Source: a virus
Lineage: Duplodnaviria > Caudoviricetes
Virus record (IMG/VR): IMGVR_UViG_3300047297_000146
Span: 1,835 to 65,834 of that record
Direction: 5' to 3' (one strand)
Length of the DNA stretch: 64,000 nt
The notes beneath the pieces were generated by a model, which was given only the letters and a program-made list of their open reading frames with translations, was not told where the DNA came from and ran no database searches. A program made the position numbers and the translations under genes. This document shows positions 1 to 9,834 of the stretch, piece after piece (position 1 is the first letter of the stretch; every line of letters starts with the position of its first letter).

Positions 1-184
1 GATGGGGTTGTTCCCATCCGATTTGTTTAGCAACCATAGGAGTCAAGTAAATTGCAGATGCTGTACCGGACAAGACTGTGATAGCCCCTTGGAACACATT
101 CCTAACCCTCTTCCAGTCAGTGCCTATAAGAGAACCAACAAATCCAGCAAGCAGCGTGTTTAAATCAATCTGAAACTTATCCAT
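1..184 (-). CDS. Putative holin (3' truncated by window edge)
   Basis: ATG at 184 overlaps the upstream stop (TGATG). Reads MDKFQIDLNTLLAGFVGSLIG...GAITVLSGTASAIYLTPMV, with two hydrophobic segments. Confidence 0.5.
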   Translation of the reverse strand, partial: MDKFQIDLNTLLAGFVGSLIGTDWKRVRNVFQGAITVLSGTASAIYLTPMVAKQIGWEQPH

Positions 185-894
185 CACTTACCACCTAACT
201 GAACTGGAGGAACTGCAAATGGGCCACCAGACATCTTTAATGAATTATCCAATTGCTGCCAAAGCGTAAGCCTTGACATATCGTACCAATCTTTCCAAAA
301 CGACCTACCAACTAACGACGGGTCATCGAAGTTCTTTAACGCAAGTTTGGTTGCTGCATAGCACGGAAGTGCTTTTAGTAAGATGTCATCTGGGGCAAAA
401 CTATAAGTACCACTACCCGTTGTAATTGCAATAGGTGTACTAGCCCCAGTTAGTGTTACGACTACAGTAGACGTCGGTGTTTTGTATAGCCCAATGTCAT
501 ACGGACCAGACCTAAACCAATGAGTTGGCGTTCCAGTTGCCAGCGTGTAAGATGTGTCGTAAGCGTATAGCTCAGGTTCGCCAGTATGAATTAATGCTGT
601 GCCACCAATAGATGCAATCTGTGGAAACCAAATAACGGTGTCAGCGTAAGTTCTGACACGTGCTGTTGACGTGGTCAACGCAACGGTTGCTGTTTGATAG
701 CAACATGAACGGCACATCTCATTTGCGCCTTCAATTATGTAGTCAAGTAAACCCTCATCGGAAGAAATTGTAAATGTAGCACCGCCACCGCCAGTGGCTC
801 CGTTGCCTGTGGCGATTTCACCTACTACTGAAAGGTTTGTTTCATTTAAAAGACGGAGCGTTTCATATCGCAAGTCTGTAAAACTAACAGCCAT
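184..894 (-). CDS. Head-tail adaptor/connector-like virion protein
   Basis: 236 aa in the capsid operon; same general layout as the neighbouring adaptor (N-terminal helix, YxTP strand, C-terminal helices). Confidence 0.5.
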   Translation of the reverse strand: MAVSFTDLRYETLRLLNETNLSVVGEIATGNGATGGGGATFTISSDEGLLDYIIEGANEMCRSCCYQTATVALTTSTARVRTYADTVIWFPQIASIGGTALIHTGEPELYAYDTSYTLATGTPTHWFRSGPYDIGLYKTPTSTVVVTLTGASTPIAITTGSGTYSFAPDDILLKALPCYAATKLALKNFDDPSLVGRSFWKDWYDMSRLTLWQQLDNSLKMSGGPFAVPPVQLGGK

Positions 895-1541
895 TAGACA
901 GCTCTCCTTGCATATGTAGCAGCGAATGATTCAACTTGGCCTAATCTATCTAGATATTCATTTTTAAAAAGTTGTAAACCATCACCATCACGCATTTGTA
1001 ATGCTCTCATATACAACGTTCCATATACAAGACAGTCGTGCGCAACTTCTGGTAAAGGGCATTCTGTTGCATCTGTATTTGCTAGTGCTGTGCCAGTTGA
1101 ATCGTATGCCCAGTATGCACCGGGTTGTGTATAACCTTCTACTAAAAGCCCTTTTGTTACTGCAACGGATGGAGTGGGGTAAAGGATAATTGCATTCATT
1201 CCACGAATTACAATTACGTCAGGGACTGAGTCAGTAGTTCTGTGTCTGTACTCGTCAACCATTTGATTACTAAAGGAAAGGAGTTCTGGTTGAAAATATT
1301 CACCTGAACTATCTTTGGCTTTTAACACACGGATTTTATAAATATCTGGAGAACAGTAGTCAGATGTTCCAGCAATAATGTCAAGATATCTTCGACCAAC
1401 CAGACAGTCAGTTTTTCTAGCTATCTGGTTGGCTGATTCAAAGATAGTGAACTCTAGGCCAAATGGATCACGATCGGATTCAGAGCCAAAATAATGTCGG
1501 CCCATCATTCTAATCTTTTGTTTAATTTGACCTAGATTCAT
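894..1541 (-). CDS. Head-tail adaptor protein (DUF6682-like)
   Basis: MNLGQIKQKIR start, LYPTP and PEVAHDCLVYG motifs typical of podovirus adaptors; downstream of the capsid gene. Confidence 0.6.
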   Translation of the reverse strand: MNLGQIKQKIRMMGRHYFGSESDRDPFGLEFTIFESANQIARKTDCLVGRRYLDIIAGTSDYCSPDIYKIRVLKAKDSSGEYFQPELLSFSNQMVDEYRHRTTDSVPDVIVIRGMNAIILYPTPSVAVTKGLLVEGYTQPGAYWAYDSTGTALANTDATECPLPEVAHDCLVYGTLYMRALQMRDGDGLQLFKNEYLDRLGQVESFAATYARRAV

Positions 1542-1546
1542 ATTAA

Positions 1547-2440
1547 TTACCTAGCTGCGCCAGTCCTTGCAATTGCAAGATATGCATCACGCAGTACCGC
1601 AATACCAGCAGCACTGGCTCCACCAAATGCCGCAAGGCGAACATATGGTTTTGCAGATGAAGCAACTGGAATCATAATCTGTCCACCTACACTAGCTCCT
1701 GATGTAGCACACTTAGTAAACGTAAGTGCTGGTGTACCAGATGCAACCACAGTCAAATTTGACAATGGGAACATGTTACTCTTAAGCGTTGTGCCCTGCG
1801 GACCCGGATACCGAATGCTAAATGTTGTAGCAGAAGGAACAGTCGCAACCTCAACAACATTTCCCACAACTGCAGCTACAGACTCATGGTTATTACTAAG
1901 GTTGATTGTAGTCGCAGCAGTTACAACCAGTAAGTCTCCGGGCTGTAATAGATGGTTAGCACTTGCTGTAAGTACAGGAAATGTACCAGCAGCAATAGTA
2001 CACACAACAGTACCGTTTGATGGGTTCGTACCCGGCAGTGTTGTTTCACCTGTGCCAATTGTATTCCAGTTAATAAGATCATCAGATGACTGAACAACAA
2101 ATTGTTGGGCCGTTACAAGTGCAGTTGCTGCACATGCATCAACAATAACAAACATGTCATTCCGGCTTGAATGTCCATGAAGAACCTGTCCATTATTTGG
2201 AACGTCTTCAGCATATGGAGCGCCAGTACCAACAGCCGTTTGTGTGTATCCACCCCACGCAAGTGGACATGAAAACACTTGGTTAGTTGCTGTATTACCA
2301 GTTGGTGCAGCAGTACCAGTTAATCCAACAAATGACGTCGTAAATGACGTAATGTTAGTTCCTGGCACGGCAACCGTTCCGGCAGATGCACCAAGTACAC
2401 CAGATCCAAAACGGAAATTTAATTTAAAATCTCTTGCCAT
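1547..2440 (-). CDS. Capsid decoration/minor structural protein
   Basis: 297 aa, Thr/Ala/Gly-rich and beta-like, directly after the major capsid; VQSSDDxxxW...YVRL cement-like pattern. Confidence 0.5.
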   Translation of the reverse strand: MARDFKLNFRFGSGVLGASAGTVAVPGTNITSFTTSFVGLTGTAAPTGNTATNQVFSCPLAWGGYTQTAVGTGAPYAEDVPNNGQVLHGHSSRNDMFVIVDACAATALVTAQQFVVQSSDDLINWNTIGTGETTLPGTNPSNGTVVCTIAAGTFPVLTASANHLLQPGDLLVVTAATTINLSNNHESVAAVVGNVVEVATVPSATTFSIRYPGPQGTTLKSNMFPLSNLTVVASGTPALTFTKCATSGASVGGQIMIPVASSAKPYVRLAAFGGASAAGIAVLRDAYLAIARTGAAR

Positions 2441-2452
2441 AATTTCTCCTTG

Positions 2453-3523
2453 TTAAGCTACCTTGAAGTTCAGGCGTCCAATTGCACGGGTATGTGGAAT
2501 CCAAAGGCCACAACCCCACTCAAAGAGAATGTTGTGCATAATGCCGTTTTCTTGCGATCGACCAAGATTCTCTGGTTTGAATGGCTTTGGCTGCCAACCC
2601 TGTACGTACCCAGTTCCATAGCGAACTGCATACATTGTTGTAGTGTTGGTTACTGCAGCAGTAGAGCCATCAGAAAGAACAGTGGTAGCTGGAAGCGATA
2701 CGTCGTTTGGAATAACAGATGTTAAACCATCAGACTTACGTCCAACAACACGAATCTTTGCATTCTTGTACATTTCAACTGGGCGATCGTAGTTGTCTTG
2801 AGTAATGTCAAAACCACTACCAATACCCATAACTCGGATGGCAGCTTCAATAATACGCTTACCAACTTCAGACACATACAAGACAATACCGTCACCGTCT
2901 GGTGCATTCATGTTGTCAAATAGTGTCTGAATGTCATACATGAAACGATTAGCTGCACCAGATCCAGCGGTAGCTGAAGATGTCGCAAGTAAGTTAGCAA
3001 GAGACATGTTTGATGCAGCATTGATCGTCATGTCAGTAGCCATGTCAAACTGTGCTGCATTGTTTAAGCGATACTTGAGTCCGGGGAAACAGTCAGGAGA
3101 GTTACCCGGAGCAGTACTTGTTGGGTCGTTATTAATAAACTTGTCATTAAAATCGTAACTAAACCCCTCAAGGAACATCTGAACCTGTGCGTCAACTGGA
3201 TCAATAATGTTATTAGGTTGCTCAAGTAGAACCTTATCAATAGTAATCTTGTTGCGCAGAAGAAACATCTGCTCTTCGTACTGCTTTGGCTTACCCTTAA
3301 CTGCCTGTGGTTCAGAGTTGATACCAGTCCAGTTGGGAGTAGGAATACCACTGTTGGTATATCGCATGCCAATCTGGCGTAAAGATGGGGATGTGTAGAA
3401 AGGAATATCCTTTACAGCATTCCACGTTTGATGCAAACTTTTTGTGATCTCTTTTACGAGCGGGTCGTTAGACAAAATTGCCTGATCCGCTAATGTAAGA
3501 GCACCATTGAAATCGATAGCCAT
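2453..3523 (-). CDS. Major capsid protein (HK97 fold)
   Basis: 356 aa after the scaffold gene; LTLAD N-terminus, FINND...FPGLKYR, YAVRYG and C-terminal AIGRL motifs. Confidence 0.85.
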   Translation of the reverse strand: MAIDFNGALTLADQAILSNDPLVKEITKSLHQTWNAVKDIPFYTSPSLRQIGMRYTNSGIPTPNWTGINSEPQAVKGKPKQYEEQMFLLRNKITIDKVLLEQPNNIIDPVDAQVQMFLEGFSYDFNDKFINNDPTSTAPGNSPDCFPGLKYRLNNAAQFDMATDMTINAASNMSLANLLATSSATAGSGAANRFMYDIQTLFDNMNAPDGDGIVLYVSEVGKRIIEAAIRVMGIGSGFDITQDNYDRPVEMYKNAKIRVVGRKSDGLTSVIPNDVSLPATTVLSDGSTAAVTNTTTMYAVRYGTGYVQGWQPKPFKPENLGRSQENGIMHNILFEWGCGLWIPHTRAIGRLNFKVA

Positions 3524-3534
3524 TTCTTAGCCTT

Positions 3535-4416
3535 TCAAAGTCCGTTGTTATTCCTGCCAATTCCCATTAGCCTACTAAATACTCCACCTAAGCCTCGCGT
3601 TGGTGTTATCTCTTGTACTAAGGGCTGTGCAGATTCTGCAGTGTCGATAGGGATTGGAACATTCCTTTGTGCTTCAAATATAGAAGCTAGTTCCGGCACA
3701 AGCGATTCAGCCATATTGGCAAGTTCAGTATGAACGTATGTCACAGCTTCAATTGGATCAATACCGCGTTGGACTAAATTGTTTACAATTTGCTCACCGC
3801 GTCTAGCGTATGGATATTCCCTGAAAGCTTGTTCTAATGCTTGTGACTGCTTAGCTTGGTTAACTTGCTCAAGCAGTTCATCGTATTTCATACGTTGAAT
3901 TTCATAATCTGCCGAAATTCTAGCAGCGTCTTCGGACAATATGTTTGCCTCAGACATCTGCGTGTACTTCTGACGGATTTGATCTTCGTTTGCTTGTTGC
4001 TGTTTTTGTGCCCATGCATTCTGCAACTCACTACCCGATGTGTAACCATCGGCTTCGAGTGCTTGAATTACAGTAGCCCATTTTTCGTATTGGGATGCAA
4101 TATCCTTAGCAGCTTTAGCTTGCTCATTTACTTCCCGAAATCTGTCGTAAGGGACACTTTCTGGAGTCTTCTGAGCACTTAACGCTTCAGTTAATTTCTG
4201 CCGAACTAGATCCTGTGGATCAGTTGCTTCAACCTCAATATCGTCTAACCAAGAAAAGTCTAATGTTTCTGACGTATCATCTGCGGTGTTTAACGCCGGT
4301 GCAGTTTCAGGTTCATTGGCGTATGAACTATCGTTTGTCAACAAACTACTAAGACCAATGTTGTCTGACGCCTCAGCTGGTGAGTCTGAGGTGCGTGTCA
4401 CCATCTCTTCAGACAT
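3535..4416 (-). CDS. Capsid scaffolding protein
   Basis: Acidic coiled-coil protein with VPYDRFREVN motif, between portal and capsid. Confidence 0.75.
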   Translation of the reverse strand: MSEEMVTRTSDSPAEASDNIGLSSLLTNDSSYANEPETAPALNTADDTSETLDFSWLDDIEVEATDPQDLVRQKLTEALSAQKTPESVPYDRFREVNEQAKAAKDIASQYEKWATVIQALEADGYTSGSELQNAWAQKQQQANEDQIRQKYTQMSEANILSEDAARISADYEIQRMKYDELLEQVNQAKQSQALEQAFREYPYARRGEQIVNNLVQRGIDPIEAVTYVHTELANMAESLVPELASIFEAQRNVPIPIDTAESAQPLVQEITPTRGLGGVFSRLMGIGRNNNGL

Positions 4417-4421
4417 TTTAA

Positions 4422-6620
4422 CTATACTCCTTCATTTTGACTTATGCCAGATTCAGGGCCTAAATCAGTCATCGCATACTGTTTACCAATATCAACCATC
4501 GCATAGTCTTCATTAGACTGTGCCTCAAGTCCAGCCTTTGCGGTTGCAAGCGCAATGTCTGCCTCAAGTTTTGCGGCTATCTCAGCCTTTATCTTTTCAA
4601 TTTCAACTTGCGCCTTAGCCTGTTCAATTTGCATATTGAACTGCATGACCTGTGCTTGTTGTCCTTGTTGTGCAGCTTGTGCTTCTTGCTGCATCATCAT
4701 TTGTTGTTGTTGTGCTTCAGCCATTTTGGCTTCTTGCTCATCAAGGTGATCAAGAATCTTAGTTGTTTCTGGCATGTTGACAAGTTGTACAAATAACCTG
4801 TTGGTAGCAGGATCCATTGGGTCACCAAAAACACCCATCTGTCGTAATGTGGCGTACTTGTTTAATCTCTGGTCTGGTCCTTCGTCCATACTAGATCCCG
4901 GCACATATACAATCCTATACCGCCCACCATTGCGCAGAGCATCAAAACGCATAACGCCTTGTTGAATTTGGTCTCTAGGTAACATTCCTCCTTCAATGTT
5001 TCCAACAAAGGGGACAATTGCAAACTGTTCAATTAAACTTACTTCCCACTCTTTAATACATGCATTACTAATTTCAATGTCAGCTCTTACATAAGAGTGC
5101 TGGGTGTTGTCAGCTTTCTGCAGCAACCTTACAGACTCGGCTGGCGTACCGGCTTGAGCCATACCTTGACTGACGTCGTGCAACCCTGCAACATCCATCA
5201 TGTCCTTTTCAATCATTTGCAATAACGGGAATAGGTCAGCACCTATACCTGGTGCTCGTTGCACAGCAGGTGGCCTACTACCACGGTCGTAATAAACCTT
5301 ACGGTAGATTCTATTTTTATCTTCAACCGTATCGCTTTCTTTGTCGTATGCATCAGCACCAACAGAAGACAAACGCTCAATCAGTAAGTAGTCTTTCTGT
5401 GCTTCAAACTGCTCAAGTAATCTACTGTAAATACGATTGTATGTACTCTGTAATGACACTAAGTCAAATCCAAGACTGTATCCATATGGAGTACCGGCGC
5501 GTGGTTGCCATCGCAAAGGAATAAATGGAAATGAATCCTTTTTGTTGTATGGCCATGGACCAGCATAAAGTAATGTTGATTGTGTAGACACAATGTATCT
5601 ACCGTTTTGATACAGCTTAGATGGCTTCTCCCAGTACTCGTAAACTACGGCTGCATTCTTGCGTTTCTCATTAGAGTTTGACGTAGACGATGAAGGTGGA
5701 ACCCAACCTCGTCCGCCAGCATTAGCACCATCAATGTACGCATCTACATATCCTGAGTGCTGACCAGTTAGTGCGTCTGCCTCAACCTTTTTACCAATCT
5801 CGCCGTATGAATCCACGAACCACGATAATGGCTTAATCATTGCATGAATCATCCAGCGGATGTCATCATCACGTTTGGCAGATGGGTCAATGTACACATC
5901 GAATGCTGGCAGGATCTGTTCTACAACATCTCCAACGCGCATCTCCATATGCCCAACAACACTCTGACCATCAACATCCATCTGTGGGACAACTTGTGTT
6001 TTGCGACTATCCCAATACACTTTTAAAAACGATGTACCACAAACACATGCCCAGCGTACACGCTCTTTAGTTTGCGTTTCTCTGCCAAATTTACGGTTGT
6101 AGTGCTTGGCAATAAAGTTTGCCTCGTCGCTGGCAGCTCTGTCTTGTGGACTATCAGATAATGGGACAGACGTTGCGTCTGGAGCACACTGCGTCAACTT
6201 GCCGACTACGCCGTCAATTAGTGGTCGTAACTTATTGACAGTCATATAGCGGTTTGGTTCGTTTGGGTTTTGAAGACGAATAATGTTACGGCCTTGACTT
6301 CCAATGCGTAACCACTGCCTACCCTCAAAGAATGCTGTTGCTAATGCCCATTCAAGCTCCATATCGGTTCTTGCTTTTTGTGCACTATCGAACTGTTGCT
6401 GAACAAACTTAGTGACCTTACGGGCTTCTTCTGGTTCGTCAAGTTCGTTAACTTTCCAGTCTTTAGGTGTTACATCTAGTTCTAAATTATCTTTATCGTC
6501 AAGTTGTGGATCATCCAGCGGAGTGGATCCAACCGTACCTGTATTATTCTTTTTTTCAAATGCAGAGATGCGTGGTTTACCATTTCTTACTGCCGCTGAA
6601 AGTTTACTGATGTCGTACAT
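4422..6620 (-). CDS. Portal protein (P22-like)
   Basis: 732 aa after terminase; FFEGRQW, TVNKLRPLI and CGTSFLKVYWD motifs; Q-rich C-terminal coiled coil. Confidence 0.9.
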   Translation of the reverse strand: MYDISKLSAAVRNGKPRISAFEKKNNTGTVGSTPLDDPQLDDKDNLELDVTPKDWKVNELDEPEEARKVTKFVQQQFDSAQKARTDMELEWALATAFFEGRQWLRIGSQGRNIIRLQNPNEPNRYMTVNKLRPLIDGVVGKLTQCAPDATSVPLSDSPQDRAASDEANFIAKHYNRKFGRETQTKERVRWACVCGTSFLKVYWDSRKTQVVPQMDVDGQSVVGHMEMRVGDVVEQILPAFDVYIDPSAKRDDDIRWMIHAMIKPLSWFVDSYGEIGKKVEADALTGQHSGYVDAYIDGANAGGRGWVPPSSSTSNSNEKRKNAAVVYEYWEKPSKLYQNGRYIVSTQSTLLYAGPWPYNKKDSFPFIPLRWQPRAGTPYGYSLGFDLVSLQSTYNRIYSRLLEQFEAQKDYLLIERLSSVGADAYDKESDTVEDKNRIYRKVYYDRGSRPPAVQRAPGIGADLFPLLQMIEKDMMDVAGLHDVSQGMAQAGTPAESVRLLQKADNTQHSYVRADIEISNACIKEWEVSLIEQFAIVPFVGNIEGGMLPRDQIQQGVMRFDALRNGGRYRIVYVPGSSMDEGPDQRLNKYATLRQMGVFGDPMDPATNRLFVQLVNMPETTKILDHLDEQEAKMAEAQQQQMMMQQEAQAAQQGQQAQVMQFNMQIEQAKAQVEIEKIKAEIAAKLEADIALATAKAGLEAQSNEDYAMVDIGKQYAMTDLGPESGISQNEGV

Positions 6621-6760
6621 TATAACCAGCCCTCGCGATCATATATTTCCTTTGAGTATATCTTTATGTTCTTTATGTCACTCAAGATACGATAAGACAT
6701 GACACTTGCAATGCATGTAGTTAAAGTGCAGATAAAACTTAATATTTCAATTACAACCAT
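6620..6760 (-). CDS. Small membrane protein (46 aa, not in ORF track)
   Basis: MVVIEILSFICTLTTCIASVMSYRILSDIKNIKIYSKEIYDREGWL fills the terminase-portal gap, with TAATG coupling to the portal start. Confidence 0.55.
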   Translation of the reverse strand: MVVIEILSFICTLTTCIASVMSYRILSDIKNIKIYSKEIYDREGWL

Positions 6761-8499
6761 TCATCTAGGTTCCTATTCTTTAACCACTCTGGCTTATTGT
6801 TAGCATTACGTTTTTCACGCTCATCTACTTCTGGACACCTAACGGGATGTTCTCGCCACATTAGCCCATAACGCAAACTATCTATAGCGTGATCATTTCG
6901 AGTACCTGAGTCAATTTCATCAGCATCTTTAGTGTGCGTCATTGTGTCAGATAACTGCTTGATAATATTTGGACAACCATTGCGGTTAATTACAAACTTT
7001 GGCTTGACATTACCATCAACCATTTCAGATGCCATAAGCCATTCTTTGACACGATTCCATCCTGCTTTACGATCCTTAACTGCTCGTACGGCTGGCAGAC
7101 CGCGCTCCCACCAGATCTCTACTGGATACTCACCTACTCGCTGATCAACCTTTTCAGGTGGAAACGTATTAGCCCAGTCAAAAGCAATAGCCTCTAGTTT
7201 AGTATTGTATGCACCATGCTCGTTAGCTTTATTTTTCGGTTCAGCTATTTTGTACTTTTTAAGAAGTTCAATTACACCGTCAACTTGCATGCTGCTGGTT
7301 TTGCCAGCCTCGTACCATTCATGTAAGACATACACATTCTCACGCTCATCACTTGCGTAGAGGATAAAACATGCTGGTGCTCCAGTGCCAAAGTCATGAC
7401 TTGCCCAGAATCTCCACCATGGTTGCACATCAATATGATCTACTACGTGCCAACCATTTCCATTACTGTCAATTGGTTTAAACTGCGGGAAAAATAAACC
7501 ACCTACACCAACATCGTGCTGGCACTCTCGTAAGAATGATATTAAACCAAAGTCGTCAATTTCTTTTTGGCATACCGCTAAGTTTTTGTGTTCCCATGCA
7601 GCACGTCCAGAGGTTATCTTCCAACCCATACGTCCATCATCTTTTTCAACAGGTTCATATATCAGGTCGTAGATTGCAGGAATAATTGGTGACTGTATAC
7701 GGTCTTGCAACATATCAAGCTCACCAGATAAAACACGGGACATAACGCTGTTTGCATGAATTCTATTCTGTACAAACACAATAGCACAGTCAACGCTTTT
7801 AGCCGGAAGAATGGTAGCCGTAATGGTTCGGATCTTTTTTTCAACAGCATTAACGGAGTCATCTAATTCGTCGATGTCGTCCAAGATAATCATGTCTGGT
7901 CGTAGGTGATCTAACTTAACACCACGAGCACCTGTGTCCAAACCAAATGCTAGAACATTAAAACCATTAGCCGTGCGTAGTTTTTGTGCATTCCACCCAC
8001 GAGAGAAACCATATTGGTTAACAGCTCGCTCAATGCCACAGCGCTCCATTACTCCAGCAATATCACTAACGTGCCTATTAGCAGCGTCTTGTGTTGCACA
8101 AACATATAAAAGAAAACGCCTTGACGCCTTTACTGCTAATCTACTGGATATTAATTCCATGGTGGTTGATTTGCCACCACCACGAAACCAACACTCAATC
8201 AAAGCAGGTGGAGAATTACCATTCTCTATACTCTCAGCCCAGTTCCATGCGCGTAAGTGATGGTCTCCCATTTTTGATGGTGCTGATTGTGGAGCGTAGA
8301 CGCGCAACCAATCCATGAACGGCATATCGTGCCCTTGTATAGGAAAGGCTGTACCTCCGTCAAACGCACCAGTGTCTGCGTACTCGTTTAAGTCAGCTGT
8401 TACAGCTTCCAATAAGGCAACTGATAAATCCTTGCCTGGGCGGACAAACTTCTTAAAGCCACGAGGAGTAGCGCGAGTATTAACTAATAACTTCTGCAT
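6751..8499 (-). CDS. terL: Terminase large subunit
   Basis: Walker A FRGGGKST, Walker B IILDD, nuclease motifs HDFG and DHAIDSLRY. Confidence 0.95.
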   Translation of the reverse strand: MQKLLVNTRATPRGFKKFVRPGKDLSVALLEAVTADLNEYADTGAFDGGTAFPIQGHDMPFMDWLRVYAPQSAPSKMGDHHLRAWNWAESIENGNSPPALIECWFRGGGKSTTMELISSRLAVKASRRFLLYVCATQDAANRHVSDIAGVMERCGIERAVNQYGFSRGWNAQKLRTANGFNVLAFGLDTGARGVKLDHLRPDMIILDDIDELDDSVNAVEKKIRTITATILPAKSVDCAIVFVQNRIHANSVMSRVLSGELDMLQDRIQSPIIPAIYDLIYEPVEKDDGRMGWKITSGRAAWEHKNLAVCQKEIDDFGLISFLRECQHDVGVGGLFFPQFKPIDSNGNGWHVVDHIDVQPWWRFWASHDFGTGAPACFILYASDERENVYVLHEWYEAGKTSSMQVDGVIELLKKYKIAEPKNKANEHGAYNTKLEAIAFDWANTFPPEKVDQRVGEYPVEIWWERGLPAVRAVKDRKAGWNRVKEWLMASEMVDGNVKPKFVINRNGCPNIIKQLSDTMTHTKDADEIDSGTRNDHAIDSLRYGLMWREHPVRCPEVDEREKRNANNKPEWLKNRNLDEWL

Positions 8500-9202
8500 C
8501 TAGTATTTCCTCTGTGTCGCTTTGATGTACCTTTAAAATTTTTGCAAACCCCTCAGATATTGCTCTTACTTGTTCTGGATCTCTTATAGTTTGCTTGACT
8601 ACATTGAGTATCTGCATAATTAAACTATATGCTTGATCAACTTCAAGTGTGTATGATTTTGCATGCGCCATTCGTTGCTCAATCTCAATTACATCAGCAC
8701 GTTTTTTAATCAAATCAAGAACATCATCACTAGCTCTTGATGAATCAATACCGTTACTAATTAACGTACCTAGTTTTTTAAACTCTTTACTGAACGCTTC
8801 TTCCGGAGCTACTCTACAAACATTATATTGATCACGCAGTTCTTCGTATAATTCTTTACTAATTCCATACGATGCAGCTTCAGCTCGAATATCAAGTACG
8901 GCAGTAATGTATGCAGTATCATCCCGTAAGGAATACAGGTCTGGGTCTTCTCGTAGTGCTTCTATTTTTTCAAGTAACTGTGGGGCTACTGTTGAAAATC
9001 GTTTCCTCTGCTGTGACCACAAACCTGTTTTAAACGTCGGGCTATCCGGTCCAACTAATGCTTTACCACCATGATGCTTACAGAAATCTTTATCTCGCAT
9101 TGCTGCAGCATTACACTGACGCCCATCACCAAGTTTGGCAGCGCACAATTTAACTTGTTTGTTATTTCCGTTTGTTATGTATCGCGGCTTTTGATCTGGC
9201 AT
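8480..9202 (-). CDS. Terminase small subunit (HGGxSTG-type Zn motif)
   Basis: C-x9-C...CKHHGGK N-terminal motif; directly upstream of and overlapping terL. Confidence 0.7.
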   Translation of the reverse strand: MPDQKPRYITNGNNKQVKLCAAKLGDGRQCNAAAMRDKDFCKHHGGKALVGPDSPTFKTGLWSQQRKRFSTVAPQLLEKIEALREDPDLYSLRDDTAYITAVLDIRAEAASYGISKELYEELRDQYNVCRVAPEEAFSKEFKKLGTLISNGIDSSRASDDVLDLIKKRADVIEIEQRMAHAKSYTLEVDQAYSLIMQILNVVKQTIRDPEQVRAISEGFAKILKVHQSDTEEILDAEVIS

Positions 9203-9220
9203 AACATATATTATACCTAC

Positions 9221-9834
9221 TTACCGTATTTTGGTAATTTTGTCTTTAGCCTTACTAGCTGCGAGACCAGCCTTGTCTCCATATTTAGCAGCGTTATTCA
9301 ATAGGAGGGTTTGTGGATGCGTTTTGGAAACAAAACCTGCAAAATCTGTTATCTTTTTATCAACTGTGTTTACGGTTTTTTGTGTAGCGCTACCTTTATA
9401 CCAGCTTGGAGCTTTAGGTAATCGCCCACCAATGTTAATCGTATTATCTGCTAAGTCGTAAAGCATTGGGTTTACAAAGTCATCCATTGCCATGTCAGTT
9501 GCAAAATTGATTCCAGCTTTAAGAGGATTAATTACTTTTGGCAAAAATCCTAAAGAACTAGTACCTCCAGTTTCTGGTATTAATGCAGCAGATGCAGCGT
9601 TGACTGCCATCTCTTCTAGTGCATCTTTACCAAAGTTTGCAAGCTCAACTAACCCAGTTCCTACCCCGGCATTAATCTTATTTCGTATTCCCGGCTTAGA
9701 AAATATATCTGCTTGATCTGGTGCTCTATTAAAGTACCAAGATGCACCTTCAGATATTCCACTGAGTAAGCGCTTTGGATTTGCTTTTACATCGTTAACT
9801 TTTGACATAATATATTTAGTAAAATCATTTTCCA
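9221..9834 (-). CDS. Hypothetical protein
   Basis: ORF; start at MENDFTK preferred because of GGAGG upstream. Confidence 0.55.
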